Of a DNA stretch of 64,000 nucleotides, positions 63,755-64,000 are shown piece by piece. Origin of the DNA: Gammaproteobacteria bacterium (lineage in GTDB: Bacteria > Pseudomonadota > Gammaproteobacteria > Steroidobacterales > GCA-2729495); assembly GCA_032122615.1 (NCBI GenBank), contig JAQBGF010000009.1, forward strand, positions 2,015-66,014, read 5' to 3'. The notes under the pieces are model-generated. The model was given only the letters and a program-made list of their open reading frames with translations. It was not told the DNA's origin and made no database searches. The position numbers and the translations under genes are program-made. How positions within the stretch are numbered: position 1 is the stretch's first letter; each line of letters begins with the position of its first letter.

Positions 63755-64000
63755 TCAACCCTGCCACTTGCCCTTGTCGGCCTGCATCTGCACCAGTCCA
63801 CCACGACGGTCCAGCATGAACTGCGCCTGCTCCTTGCCGAACACTCGCTCGGCCAGCACGTTCATGGGATCTGAACGGTTGGTGTACTCGCGGTACGTGA
63901 AATCGTAGGTCTGCTGCGCGGCGCGCTGCTCGGGAGCCAGGCGCGGCGCTTCGTCGTACATCCTGAACCAGCGGTCGACGAAGCGATTGAGGTAGGCCTC
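63755..64000 (-). CDS. C-terminal part of an unidentified protein (open at the window end)
   Basis: The frame stays open upstream of the track's ATG 63961: EAYLNRFVDRWFRMYDEAPRLAPEQRAAQQTYDFTYREYTNRSDPMNVLAERVFGKEQAQFMLDRRGGLVQMQADKGKWQG. I recognise no family. Confidence 0.4.
   Translation of the reverse strand, partial: EAYLNRFVDRWFRMYDEAPRLAPEQRAAQQTYDFTYREYTNRSDPMNVLAERVFGKEQAQFMLDRRGGLVQMQADKGKWQG

Overview
GC-rich (about 65% by eye, not computed) chromosomal core segment of a gammaproteobacterium. The taxon call rests on EttA, EF-P Lys34 with EpmA/EpmB, FimV, and two E. coli/Pseudomonas-like synteny blocks: tig-clpP-clpX-lon-hupB-ppiD and (asd)-fimV-truA-accD-folC-dedD-cvpA-purF. I call about 60 protein genes and 7 tRNAs (Asp, Val, Leu, and a Pro-Arg-His-Lys cluster). 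Genes are tightly packed and many junctions overlap as ATGA/GTGA/TGATG. I found no rRNA, CRISPR array, transposase, integrase or prophage genes.

Most of the window is housekeeping:
- protein quality control;
- purine, folate, riboflavin and thiamine synthesis in a long glyA-nrdR-ribD-ribE-ribBA-ribH-nusB-thiL-pgpA array;
- topoisomerase IV;
- the EF-P beta-lysylation module;
- feoABC.

Parts that are not routine, best candidates first:
1. A rubrerythrin / HdrD-like Fe-S(CCG) protein / DUF3501 operon. It has a near-consensus sigma70 promoter whose -10/+1 region is covered by the perfect palindrome TTTAGAC-N3-GTCTAAA, which closely resembles the alphaproteobacterial Irr iron control element.
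2. A small islet between ettA and purL: a Zn-ribbon-DUF4145 protein, a CRP/FNR-family regulator and a small secreted two-Cys protein. The divergent regulatory region carries three copies of GTGTCA-N6-TGACAC.
3. A FimX-like degenerate REC-PAS-GGDEF-EAL gene paired with a second FimV-N-domain/LysM paralogue.
4. Dispersed Ser/Thr-phosphorylation parts: a pseudo-receiver-Hanks kinase, a Hanks kinase-cNMP fusion, and an orphan TagH-like FHA protein with no T6SS genes nearby.
5. Two genes (folC and the REC-kinase) whose conserved N-terminal residues lie upstream of the first ATG/GTG/TTG. Both are reachable only from a CTG placed at the stop codon of the upstream gene.

All family names come from reading the translations and from memory. 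No searches were run.
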